Both the position numbers and the translations under genes were made by a program. From Tepidisphaera sp. (GTDB taxonomy: Bacteria > Planctomycetota > Phycisphaerae > Phycisphaerales > UBA1924), in contig CP051526.1 in the NCBI GenBank assembly GCA_050916045.1, positions 1,440,001 to 1,504,000 of the forward strand: a stretch of DNA of 64,000 nucleotides, given 5' to 3'. The notes beneath the pieces were generated by a model. It was not told where the DNA came from. It saw only the letters and a program-made list of their open reading frames with translations, and made no database searches. Of this stretch, positions 49,736-58,416 are shown piece by piece. How positions within the stretch are numbered: the stretch's first letter is position 1; each line of letters starts with the position of its first letter.

Positions 49736-50164
49736 ATGGCTTACGGCCCCAAAATCATCGACCACTACGAGAATCCCCGCAACGTCGGCACGTTCGGCAC
49801 GCAGAAGGAGATCAAGGAGCGCAAGGACATCGGCGTGGGCCTGGTCGGCGCGCCCGAGTGCGGCGACGTGATGCAGCTTCAGATCAAGGTGGGGCCGGAC
49901 GGCACCATCCAGGACGCGAAGTTCAAGACCTTCGGCTGCGGCTCCGCCATCGCTTCGTCCTCGCTCGCGACCGAGTGGATCAAGGGCCGCACGCTCGAGC
50001 AGGCCGAGGACCTCAAGAACTCCCAGATCGTCGAGGAGCTCAGCCTCCCCCCGGTCAAGATCCACTGCTCGGTGCTCGCCGAGGACGCGATCAAAGCCGC
50101 GGTCGAGGACTACCGCAAGAAGAACGGCTTGCCCGTCGCCGATCACGAGCACGCCAAAGCCTGA
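49736..50164 (+). CDS. iscU: Fe-S cluster scaffold IscU
   Basis: IDHYENPRNVG, GAPECGDVM, FKTFGCGSAIASSS, LPPVKIHCSVLAEDAI. Confidence 0.97.
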   Translation: MAYGPKIIDHYENPRNVGTFGTQKEIKERKDIGVGLVGAPECGDVMQLQIKVGPDGTIQDAKFKTFGCGSAIASSSLATEWIKGRTLEQAEDLKNSQIVEELSLPPVKIHCSVLAEDAIKAAVEDYRKKNGLPVADHEHAKA

Positions 50165-50264
50165 CCCTCGGCCGCACGCCAGCCCCAACCGCACACGAAC
50201 CCGAAACCTCGTTCCAACGTAGAAAAGCCGGGCCGCCGAGCCCGATCTGTCCGGAGCACAAGCC

Positions 50265-50636
50265 ATGACGACCACCACCCAGACCCCCGCCCAAACCGAC
50301 TCCTCCTCCGTGATCCTGAGCGAGCTTGCCGCCAAGGAGATCAAGAAGATCATCGCCGACCAGGAGCTTGACCCGGCGAAGGTCCACCTCCGCGTGGGCG
50401 TCAAGGGCGGCGGCTGCTCCGGCTTCTCGTACATCCTCGACCTCACCGAGACGGTCAAGGAAACCGACGAGGTGCTGGAGATGCACGGCGTCCGCATCAT
50501 CTGCGACCCCAAGAGCCTCCTCTATCTCTCCGGCGTGACCGTCGACTTCAAGGATGAGCTCATGGGCCGCGGGTTTGTCTTCAACAACCCCAACGCCACC
50601 AGCACCTGCGGCTGCGGCAGCAGCTTCTCCGCCTGA
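50265..50636 (+). CDS. iscA: A-type Fe-S carrier (IscA/HesB family)
   Basis: LRVGVKGGGCSGFSY and FNNPNATSTCGCGSSF. Confidence 0.93.
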   Translation: MTTTTQTPAQTDSSSVILSELAAKEIKKIIADQELDPAKVHLRVGVKGGGCSGFSYILDLTETVKETDEVLEMHGVRIICDPKSLLYLSGVTVDFKDELMGRGFVFNNPNATSTCGCGSSFSA

Positions 50637-50661
50637 GCACTTCTCCCAATCGCCTCCGCTC

Positions 50662-50690
50662 AAAAGCCCGCTCGCACGAGCGGGTTTTTT
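50662..50690 (+). terminator. Intrinsic terminator of the isc operon
   Basis: AAAAGCCCGCTCG-CA-CGAGCGGGTTTTTT. Confidence 0.88.
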
Positions 50691-50774
50691 CTTGGCACGC
50701 GGATTTCATCTGTAATTTCGTTACAACCGTGAACGGCGCGAACTTGGCGGCGGGCTGAACGTCTAGGGTTTTCC

Positions 50775-52034
50775 ATGCGCACCTTCGCTCTCGCATCGGC
50801 GTTGTTCCTGGCATCGTTCGCGTCCGCTCAGCCGGTCCCGGTCAAGATCGTCCGCAGCGGCGACGCCTGGACCCTTGAGCGCGGCGGCAAGCCGTACTTC
50901 ATCAAGGGCGGCGGCGGCCAGACGCAGCTTGATGTCCTGAAGAAATCCGGCGGCAACTCGATCCGCACGTGGGGCGCCGAGACGCTCGGCAAGCATCTCG
51001 ACGAAGCCCACGCACTCGGGCTGACGGTCACGGCGGGCCTCTGGCTTGGCCATGAGCGGCACGGGTTCAACTACAACAACGCCGACCAGGTCGCCAAGCA
51101 GTTCGAGGAGTGCCGCCAAGCGGTGCTGAAGTACAAGGACCACCCGGCTCTGCTCGCGTGGGGCATCGGCAACGAGATGGAAGCCGAGGGCGACAACGCC
51201 GCGATCTGGTCCGCGATCAACTCGCTGGCCGCGATGGTGAAGGAGCTTGACCCCAACCACCCGACAATGACCGTGATCGCCGGCACCGGCCCGGCCAAGA
51301 TCAAGAACATCCACCGCCTCTGCCCCGCGATCGACATCATCGGGATCAATTCCTACGGCCCGGCGGTGCACCTGCCGCGCGAGTACCGCGAGCGCGGCGG
51401 GACCAAGCCGTACATCCTGACCGAGTTCGGCCCGCGCGGCCAGTGGGAATCGCCCCTCACCGCGTGGAAGGTCCCCCTCGAGCCCACCAGCACGCAGAAA
51501 GCCGAGCAGTACCGCGAGTCGTACCAGGCCGCCGTCGTCGAGTCCAAAGGCATGTGCCTGGGGTCGTACGCGTTCATCTGGGGTCACAAGCAGGAAGCGA
51601 CGGACACGTGGTTCGGCTTGTTCCTCGCGGATGGCGCGCGAACGGGCGGCGTGGATGTCCTCACCGAGTTCTGGTCGGGCAAGCCGCCGGCGGACCGGTG
51701 CCCGACGATCGAGCCGATCGTGATTGAGGGAGGGACGGAATTCGAAGCGGGCAAGCCGTTCACGGCTTCGGTGAAAGCCGCGGACCCCGAAGGCCGCAAG
51801 CTGACGTACACATGGACCCTCATGGGCGAGCCGGCGGTGCACGCCAACGGCGGGGACGCGATCCCGCCGCTCAAGGTGTACGCCGGTGCGGTCAAGGCGC
51901 TGGAGGGGAAAGACGCGGGCCGCGCGGAAGTCCGCTTGCCTGACTCGGCGGACTCGTACCGGCTTTACGTCGTGGTGAAGGACGCTTCGGGAGCCGCCGC
52001 GACGGCGAACGTTCCGGTGAAGCGGAAGAAGTAG
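50775..52034 (+). CDS. Secreted clan GH-A glycoside hydrolase (GH2 TIM-barrel-like)
   Basis: NSIRTWG, HPALLAWGIGNE (acid/base), PYILTEFG (nucleophile), signal peptide. Confidence 0.85.
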   Translation: MRTFALASALFLASFASAQPVPVKIVRSGDAWTLERGGKPYFIKGGGGQTQLDVLKKSGGNSIRTWGAETLGKHLDEAHALGLTVTAGLWLGHERHGFNYNNADQVAKQFEECRQAVLKYKDHPALLAWGIGNEMEAEGDNAAIWSAINSLAAMVKELDPNHPTMTVIAGTGPAKIKNIHRLCPAIDIIGINSYGPAVHLPREYRERGGTKPYILTEFGPRGQWESPLTAWKVPLEPTSTQKAEQYRESYQAAVVESKGMCLGSYAFIWGHKQEATDTWFGLFLADGARTGGVDVLTEFWSGKPPADRCPTIEPIVIEGGTEFEAGKPFTASVKAADPEGRKLTYTWTLMGEPAVHANGGDAIPPLKVYAGAVKALEGKDAGRAEVRLPDSADSYRLYVVVKDASGAAATANVPVKRKK

Positions 52035-52089
52035 GAGCGGTGGGACCACAGAGGCGCGGAGGGACGCGGAGAAACGCGTTTTGGCGAGT

Positions 52090-52126
52090 GGGGGGAGTGG
52101 GGGAGTGGGGGAGTGGGGGGTGGGGG
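52090..52126 (+). repeat. (GGGGGAGT)n G-tract repeat, potential G-quadruplex
   Basis: Five runs of at least 5 G separated by 1-3 nt. Confidence 0.8.
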
Positions 52127-52130
52127 CCTC

Positions 52131-52235
52131 TGTCGGGAGGGGAGTCGCCCTTGTCGCGACAGAACGGACTTCTGTGCGGACAGGAACGGCTCCTGTCGCG
52201 ACAGATACGGTTTCTGTCCGGATAAGCGACGGCTC
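52131..52235. repeat. 21-bp tandem array, 5 units
   Basis: TGTCGGGAGGGGAGTCGCCCT / TGTCGCGACAGAACGGACTTC / TGTGCGGACAGGAACGGCTCC / TGTCGCGACAGATACGGTTTC / TGTCCGGATAAGCGACGGCTC. Confidence 0.85.
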
Positions 52236-52496
52236 TTTCCGCGCTTGAGCCGCTCGTGTCAGGACTGGGACGGCCGCTGATGTGAGCGAGCACGGCTCTG
52301 CTGGCTTTGATTCTGGCTTCGGACGTGCGCGGGAGTCCGTTTCCGCGCGGTCCACGGCGCCGTCCGCTCGCGTGCGCGGATGAAGCGGGCCGAAAGCGCG
52401 GATCACACGCGCACAAGCCGGGCACAAAAGGGGCCGGGCTATGATCCAAGCGAGCCGCACCGGACGCGGCTTTGTCACTTGCCAAGGAACCCCGCC

Positions 52497-54155
52497 ATGA
52501 TGTCCCGCCGATCCACCCGTCACGGCCGCTCCATTCTGATCTCGCTGTCGTCGCTGCTCGTGAACGCTTCGCCGCTGGCGGCGTTTGCCGGGCTCGCGGT
52601 GATCCCCTCGGTCGCGATGGCTCAGAACCGCATCAAGCAGATGGAGCCGACGTACTACGTCGTGACCGCCGAGCGGGCGAACGTGCGCGCGGGGAACCAT
52701 GACTCGCTCTATGTCGTCGCCGAGGTCAAGAAGGGCGACATCATCACGGTCGACGGGCAGGACAACACCTGGACGCGCGTGGTGTACAACAGCGACTGGC
52801 CGGCGTTCGTCGGGGCTTCGGAAGGCTCGTACGACGCGGCGACGGGGACGTTCACGCTGAGCAAGCCGAGCACGCTCCTGGCGTACTCGGTGATCAACCC
52901 GCAGTACTGCTGGCAGGCGCTGCTTCCCGAGAACAAGCCGCTGGCTTCGGGCAGCAAGCTGAAGGTGCAGGGAGAGATCAAGGATGCGGCGGGGACGCTC
53001 AAGGGCTACCGCGTGAACGCGCCGGAAGGGTCGCGCGGGTTCATCGAGTCGCGCTCGCTGACGCCCGCGACAAAGGAACAGGCCGATGCCCACCGGGCGA
53101 AGATCGGGGCTCCGGCCCCCGCCCCCACGGCCCCCGCTCAGCCGGCCACCCCCACGCCGACCCCCACCCCCACCCCCACCCCCACGCCCGCGGGAAGCAA
53201 CCCGGGGACGCCGTCGACCGATCGCTCGCTCGTCGAACCGACCGTGCCGCCGACGCCGGGCAGCCAGCCGACCAATCCGGTCACCCCGCCCGCGACCGCT
53301 CCGGGCGCCACGCCACCCGCGCCCGGCGGGCAGCCGACCGTGATCGACCAGCAGTCTGACCCCAACAAGCCGGCGACCGCCCCCACCAACCCCGCCAACC
53401 CCACCGACAGCACCACGCCCGCGGCTACGCCGCCCGCGAAAGCCAAGGACCGCACGACCGCGAGCCTCGAGCAGATCGAGACCGCGTTCGCGAAGGTCAA
53501 CAGCCGGGATGCGGACATCTTCACGGCCGAGTACGACTCGCTCCTCGCTGAGATCAACAAGACGATCGGGGAACTGACCGATTCGCCGGTGGATGCGCAG
53601 CGGAAGCGCCAGCTTCAGCTTCGGGCGGATGTGCTCAAGCTCCGCATCGGCGTGCGTGACAGCCTGAAAGCGTCCGAGGAAGCCAAGCGGTCGCTCAACA
53701 CCGAGATCACCGCAGCGTCCAAGGTGATCGCCGAAGCCGAGAAGTCCCGCGTGTACAACCTCGTGGGCATGCTCACCGCGAGCAGCATCTACGACGGCAA
53801 GAACCTGCCCGTGATGTACCGCGTGGTCTCGGCGGATGCGAAAGCTCCCACGACGCTGGGGTACATCGATCCGGCGCAGGACCCGACGCTCGCGTCCAAG
53901 GTCGGCCAGCTGGTCGGCGTGATCGGCGAAGCGATCGTGGACCCGACGCTCAAGATCGCGGTGATCCGCCCGGTGCGGGTCGACCTGGTCGGCGCCGGTT
54001 CCGGTTCGCCCAACCTGCCGCTTCTCCAGCCGACGCAGATCACGCGTCCGGCGGCGGAACCCGCCAAGCCGGCGCCGGCGGCGGTGCCCGCTCCCACGAC
54101 CGCGCCCGCTTCGACGGAGAAAGCTCCGCCCAAGCCGGCGGACATCATCAAGTAA
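52497..54155 (+). CDS. Exported SH3b-domain protein with a Pro/Thr linker and coiled coil
   Basis: Signal peptide ending AMA-Q; VTAERANVRAG...VAEVKKGDIITV...WTRV (SH3b-like); PTPTPT linker; AAGGA RBS. Confidence 0.8.
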   Translation: MMSRRSTRHGRSILISLSSLLVNASPLAAFAGLAVIPSVAMAQNRIKQMEPTYYVVTAERANVRAGNHDSLYVVAEVKKGDIITVDGQDNTWTRVVYNSDWPAFVGASEGSYDAATGTFTLSKPSTLLAYSVINPQYCWQALLPENKPLASGSKLKVQGEIKDAAGTLKGYRVNAPEGSRGFIESRSLTPATKEQADAHRAKIGAPAPAPTAPAQPATPTPTPTPTPTPTPAGSNPGTPSTDRSLVEPTVPPTPGSQPTNPVTPPATAPGATPPAPGGQPTVIDQQSDPNKPATAPTNPANPTDSTTPAATPPAKAKDRTTASLEQIETAFAKVNSRDADIFTAEYDSLLAEINKTIGELTDSPVDAQRKRQLQLRADVLKLRIGVRDSLKASEEAKRSLNTEITAASKVIAEAEKSRVYNLVGMLTASSIYDGKNLPVMYRVVSADAKAPTTLGYIDPAQDPTLASKVGQLVGVIGEAIVDPTLKIAVIRPVRVDLVGAGSGSPNLPLLQPTQITRPAAEPAKPAPAAVPAPTTAPASTEKAPPKPADIIK

Positions 54156-54169
54156 GTCGCGGGCCGCGC

Positions 54170-54445
54170 TCAATCCGCGCCCTCGAACCAGACGGAGGTT
54201 GAGTCTTCCGGCGGCGATCCTTCGGCGATGAGCAGGAGGTCTCGGCGGATCTCCTCCGCGCGTGCTTTGAGTTCGAGCAAGCGTGTTTCCGCGGGGCCGA
54301 GCCTGCCCGAAAGGGCCGCAAGCCGCTCTGCGACCTCGTGGCACCGCCGCGGGTCTCCGGAAGCCGCCGCGGCGGCCGCTCGATCGTTCAGCACTTCCAG
54401 TTCGCTCCGCCGGGTTTCGTACTCCGCTCGCCGCGTCCCACCCAT
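54170..54445 (-). CDS. Small hypothetical helical protein
   Basis: MGGTRRAEYETRRSELEVL...; fills the gap between genes; start uncertain. Confidence 0.45.
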   Translation of the reverse strand: MGGTRRAEYETRRSELEVLNDRAAAAAASGDPRRCHEVAERLAALSGRLGPAETRLLELKARAEEIRRDLLLIAEGSPPEDSTSVWFEGAD

Positions 54446-54625
54446 GGTTGACCCCCTTGCGAGCGTCGCGCCCGCCCGGAGGACAACCACGGCGGAGTGG
54501 ATTTCTTTCGGGCGAGATTCGCCGCGGGAAGGCGGTGCCCGCGGTCGTGCGCTCAAGCGGCGTGGTTATAATCAAAAAGCCGCGATCAATCGAATCGCGC
54601 CGCCTTCAATTCCCAAGGATTACGC

Positions 54626-55363
54626 ATGACCACGACAAGCCAGCCCATCGTTCGTCGACCGCACGCTTCCCTCCGCCGCGGAAGCTGGCAGAAGGGGTGC
54701 CTGATCGCGTTCGTTGTCGTGTTCGTGATCGCGATCGGTCTGGCGGTGACCGTCGCGCTGACGTGGCGCCGCATGTTCGCCGCGAGCGTGACGATCGGCG
54801 TCACGGAGATGGTCAGCACCTCGCAGCTTCCCCAGGATCAGAAGGACCGGATCATGGCGAAGGTCGGGAACGTGACCGAGGACTTCAAGTCGGGCAAGAT
54901 CACGCTTCAGCAGTTCGGCCAGGTCTTCGAAGCCGTCTTCGACGGGCCTCTGCTCCCGCTGACGATGATGTGGGGCGCTCAGGAGAAGTACTTCGACAAG
55001 AGCGGGCTGAGCGATGAGGAGAAAGCCGCGGGTGTCCGCGCGATGCACCGGTTCTCCCACGGCGTGGCCGAAGGCAAGCTCAGCATGGACGACCTGAGCT
55101 CGGCGATGAAGCACGTCGCGACCGGTACAAACTCGGTCACCGTCACCAAGACCAACAGCAACGGGTCGGTCAACACCACGACCACGACGACCGGCGGGAA
55201 CTTCCAGTTCAAGCCCAAGGTGACCGACGAAGAGCTTCGCAAGTTCATCGAAGAGATCAAGTCCAAAGCCGATGGTGCGAAGATCGCGGAGGATGTTCCC
55301 GAGATGAACATCGCCGAAGAAGTCGAGAAAGCCATCGACAAGGGTCTTGCGAACTCCAAGTGA
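54626..55363 (+). CDS. Hypothetical membrane-anchored protein
   Basis: N-terminal TM segment KGCLIAFVVVFVIAIGLAV; AAGGA RBS; native codon usage. Confidence 0.85.
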   Translation: MTTTSQPIVRRPHASLRRGSWQKGCLIAFVVVFVIAIGLAVTVALTWRRMFAASVTIGVTEMVSTSQLPQDQKDRIMAKVGNVTEDFKSGKITLQQFGQVFEAVFDGPLLPLTMMWGAQEKYFDKSGLSDEEKAAGVRAMHRFSHGVAEGKLSMDDLSSAMKHVATGTNSVTVTKTNSNGSVNTTTTTTGGNFQFKPKVTDEELRKFIEEIKSKADGAKIAEDVPEMNIAEEVEKAIDKGLANSK

Positions 55364-55373
55364 GCTTGGGTTC

Positions 55374-57098
55374 TCAGCGAGCGGGCTTGGGCGCGAGCCT
55401 CGTCGCCTCCGCGGCGACGGCCGGGTCGGGGTCGCTCGCGAGTTCAGAAACAAGACCCATCACCTGATCTGATGAGACAAAGTAGTTCAAGGTGTACAGT
55501 CGCCCGACCAGAGCAAGCCGCTCCGGGCCGGTCATCGATCGGACCGAAGCTCGCACGATCGGGAACCCGCGGTCGAAGTCGACCCAGCCCGATCCGATGA
55601 GCACGCAGAGGCCGTGCGCGGCCCCCGTCTGCCGCGGACCGGGCGTTGAAGCCGCTTCGAGCACCGCTCGGGCGAAGTCTTCGTCGGGCGGCGTGCGTTT
55701 GGCGTACATGCCGATCGCGGCGGCCTGGGTGCCTCCCGTGGTGTTGAGGGCGAGTTCGCGGAGTTCCGCCCATTCCGCGGGCGTGCGTGCCGCGATGCTG
55801 AAGTTCGCCTCGATCGACTCAAGAACCTCGGGATTTCCGGCTTTGAGAAGGTCGATGACGATGGGGTAGGCCTCGGGCATCCTGTCGGAGAGGTGGAAGA
55901 GGACGTGGACCGAGTTTCGCCTCAGAATGGCCGGGGACGCGGGGTCGGTGGCGGCGGCTTTGACCTGTGGGAGAAGCGGTTTGGAGCCTTCGCCGAGGGC
56001 GAGGCAGAGAAGCACGTAGCTCCAGGCTTCGGGGTCGGCGGGGACGAGGCGACGCTGGATCTCGGCGAGGTGGCCTTCGAGGACCGGGCGGATGTCCCCA
56101 TCGGTGCGGTTCCAGAGGGCCGCGTAGGAGAGGCGCGGGATCATCTCTTGACGCATGCGCACGTGCATCGGGAGGGTCTGGGTTGACGTTTCGAGGATGA
56201 CCTCGAACATTCGCTTGCGGATTGTCCGGTCCGAATCGTCGATCACGCCCATGTGCATCGCACGCAGGAGCGTCGCGGGATCGGTGCTCTTGTCGAGCTT
56301 GCTCTGAACGCTTGAAGCGACCCAGGCCCGCTGCCATGCGTAGCTTTCGCGGCGATCGACAAGCCGGTCCACGAGGCTGTCGCGATTCGCGGGTGGTCCC
56401 ACGTTCTGACCTGCGCCGGTGATGAGCCGCTCGGGCAGGAACCACATTCCGAAGATGAGAACCGGCGTGGGGATGAGCGCGGTGGGTCCGCGCTGGATCG
56501 AGCGGAGGATGAGGGGCATCCAGAGCGCCGCCAGCAGGAGGGGGATGAACGCGATGGCGAGCTTGGTGCGGCGGCGACGCTTCATCAGGCCGCGGTTGCT
56601 CTCTGCATCGTGGCCGCATTCGGGGCACTGGAAACGGCCGGCGACCGCGAGCGTGGCCATCTCGTACCAGCATTTGGGGCAGCGTTTGCGTCCGCGCGAG
56701 GGCTCGCCGTAGATCGCCCACGCGATCAGCGAGAGCACGCCAAGAGCCAGGCCGGCGGAGAGGGTGCCGACACTCGCGGCCCAGGACTGTTGGCTCACCA
56801 TCTGGGCGAGGGACATGCTCCCGAGGAGGCACCCGGTGGCGATCAGGAGGGCGAGAATCCCGGCCAGCAAAGCGGTCTTGTGGGTCTTCCGCGGCCAGAA
56901 CTCTTTGCGCGCACGGGCTTCATAGCGGCAGGCCTGGCACTGCAGGCCGGGCACCGTGACGGCGGCCCGGCAGGCGGGGCAGAGGGGCGTCCCGTGGCGG
57001 GCTCGGTGGAGCACCGCGCGCACGAGAAGCGACACGCCCCAGAGGGCGAGAAACGCCGACATGAAGGAAAGCACGTCGTGAGCGTGAGGGGTCCACAT
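55374..57098 (-). CDS. Multi-TM membrane protein with two CxxC zinc ribbons and a C-terminal HEAT-like region
   Basis: CPAC...CQAC and RCPKCWYEM...CPECG, several TM segments; paralog of 58417-60189. Confidence 0.8.
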   Translation of the reverse strand: MWTPHAHDVLSFMSAFLALWGVSLLVRAVLHRARHGTPLCPACRAAVTVPGLQCQACRYEARARKEFWPRKTHKTALLAGILALLIATGCLLGSMSLAQMVSQQSWAASVGTLSAGLALGVLSLIAWAIYGEPSRGRKRCPKCWYEMATLAVAGRFQCPECGHDAESNRGLMKRRRRTKLAIAFIPLLLAALWMPLILRSIQRGPTALIPTPVLIFGMWFLPERLITGAGQNVGPPANRDSLVDRLVDRRESYAWQRAWVASSVQSKLDKSTDPATLLRAMHMGVIDDSDRTIRKRMFEVILETSTQTLPMHVRMRQEMIPRLSYAALWNRTDGDIRPVLEGHLAEIQRRLVPADPEAWSYVLLCLALGEGSKPLLPQVKAAATDPASPAILRRNSVHVLFHLSDRMPEAYPIVIDLLKAGNPEVLESIEANFSIAARTPAEWAELRELALNTTGGTQAAAIGMYAKRTPPDEDFARAVLEAASTPGPRQTGAAHGLCVLIGSGWVDFDRGFPIVRASVRSMTGPERLALVGRLYTLNYFVSSDQVMGLVSELASDPDPAVAAEATRLAPKPAR

Positions 57099-57182
57099 TC
57101 CTGGGCGGTGTACCGATCGGTGGGCGTTCGGATGCAGTCCATGCGGGCGAAACCGAAGCCGGCGGATCACGAAGAATGGGGT

Positions 57183-57563
57183 ATGAACGCAGGAATCGAC
57201 TGGACGGCGGAGGGTGCGATGCAGCGGGTGGCGCGGATGCGCGTGCTGGCTTCGCTTCTTGACAACTCGCTGCTGGTGCCGGGGCTGAACGTGCGGGTAG
57301 GGCTGGATCCGATCCTGGGTCTGTTCCCGGGCGGGGGCGATCTGATCGGCTTGCTGGCGGGCCTGTACATCGTGTACGAAGCGTGGCAGCTTGGAGCTTC
57401 AGGCCGCGTCCTGGCGCTGATGGTGATCAACATCCTGATCGACTCGGCGGTGGGCGCGATCCCGGTGGTGGGCGACCTCTTCGACTTCGCGTGGAAAGCC
57501 AACACGCGGAATCTTGAGCTTCTGGGGATCGACACCAGCGAGCCGGTGCGGCTTGCGTTCTAA
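57183..57563 (+). CDS. DUF4112 family membrane protein
   Basis: LLDNSLLVPG..RVGLDPILGLFPGGGD...VGAIPVVGDLFDFAWKANTRN. Confidence 0.92.
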   Translation: MNAGIDWTAEGAMQRVARMRVLASLLDNSLLVPGLNVRVGLDPILGLFPGGGDLIGLLAGLYIVYEAWQLGASGRVLALMVINILIDSAVGAIPVVGDLFDFAWKANTRNLELLGIDTSEPVRLAF

Positions 57564-57591
57564 CGCGTGACAGGCGTCATATCGTCAGCCC

Positions 57592-58413
57592 ATGATTGAT
57601 CTGGCGCAGGTAGCCAAGCTAGAAGAAGCCCGGCTGGCGATGGGAATGGCGAGCGTCGCGGTGGAGCACCGTGCGCTGGCGGGGGGCATGCTCGCGCGGG
57701 GTGAGCCGGGCACCTGGATCAACACCGCGACCGGGATGGGGATGAACGGGCCGGTGAGCGATGAGCAGATCGAGGAGTTCATCGCGTGGTACGAGTCGGC
57801 GGGGGTCGAGCCGCGGATTGAGATCTGCCCGTTCGCGGATGCGTCGCTCGTCGGTGGCCTTGCCGCTCGCGGGTTCAGGCTCAAGCAGTTTGAGAACGTC
57901 TTCTTTCGCGAAGCGGGCGAGTCGGTGCCGCCTTCGCCCCTTGGCGAAGGGATCGAGGTGGGGCTGCTTGATCCCGAGGATGAGAAGTCGGTGTGGGAGT
58001 ACGCCGCGGCGGTCGCTCGCGGGTTCATGCCCGACGGGAAGGATCCGGAAGCGGGCGATGTCGAACTGACCGCGCGCGTCGTGCGTCAGCCGGCGGTGAT
58101 GGCGTTTGCGGCCAAAGCCGAGGGGCGAATCGTCGGCGGCGGATCGATCGAGATCCCGGCGGTGGGCGGGCCGAAAGCGGCGGCGCTCTTCGCGCTCGCG
58201 GTTCTTCCGTCGTATCGCCGCCGCGGGGTGCAGCAGGCGCTGATCGCGGCGCGGCTCAGGGCGGCGAGCGACGCGGGGGCGACGGTGGTCACGATCTCCG
58301 CGCTGCCGGGGGTCGCGACGGAACGCAACGCCCGCCGAATGGGCTTCCAGGTTGCGTACACGAAAGCGGTGCTGATCCGGCCGGGTGCGGGGCTTGTCGC
58401 GAATCGGTGGTGA
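57592..58413 (+). CDS. GNAT-family N-acetyltransferase
   Basis: Acetyl-CoA motif A VLPSYRRRGVQQALI; ERNARRMGF. Confidence 0.9.
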   Translation: MIDLAQVAKLEEARLAMGMASVAVEHRALAGGMLARGEPGTWINTATGMGMNGPVSDEQIEEFIAWYESAGVEPRIEICPFADASLVGGLAARGFRLKQFENVFFREAGESVPPSPLGEGIEVGLLDPEDEKSVWEYAAAVARGFMPDGKDPEAGDVELTARVVRQPAVMAFAAKAEGRIVGGGSIEIPAVGGPKAAALFALAVLPSYRRRGVQQALIAARLRAASDAGATVVTISALPGVATERNARRMGFQVAYTKAVLIRPGAGLVANRW

Positions 58414-58416
58414 GGG

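Noticed and set aside
53140..53190. CCCACC-type repeat in the SH3b gene
   Set aside because: It simply encodes a Pro-Thr linker.
50763..54575. 1270-aa minus-strand ORF, and similar shadows such as 37627..39750, 42790..44490, 48399..49721 and 44932..46932
   Set aside because: Arg/Gly-rich antisense ORFs over well-supported genes, as expected in high-GC DNA with strong codon bias.
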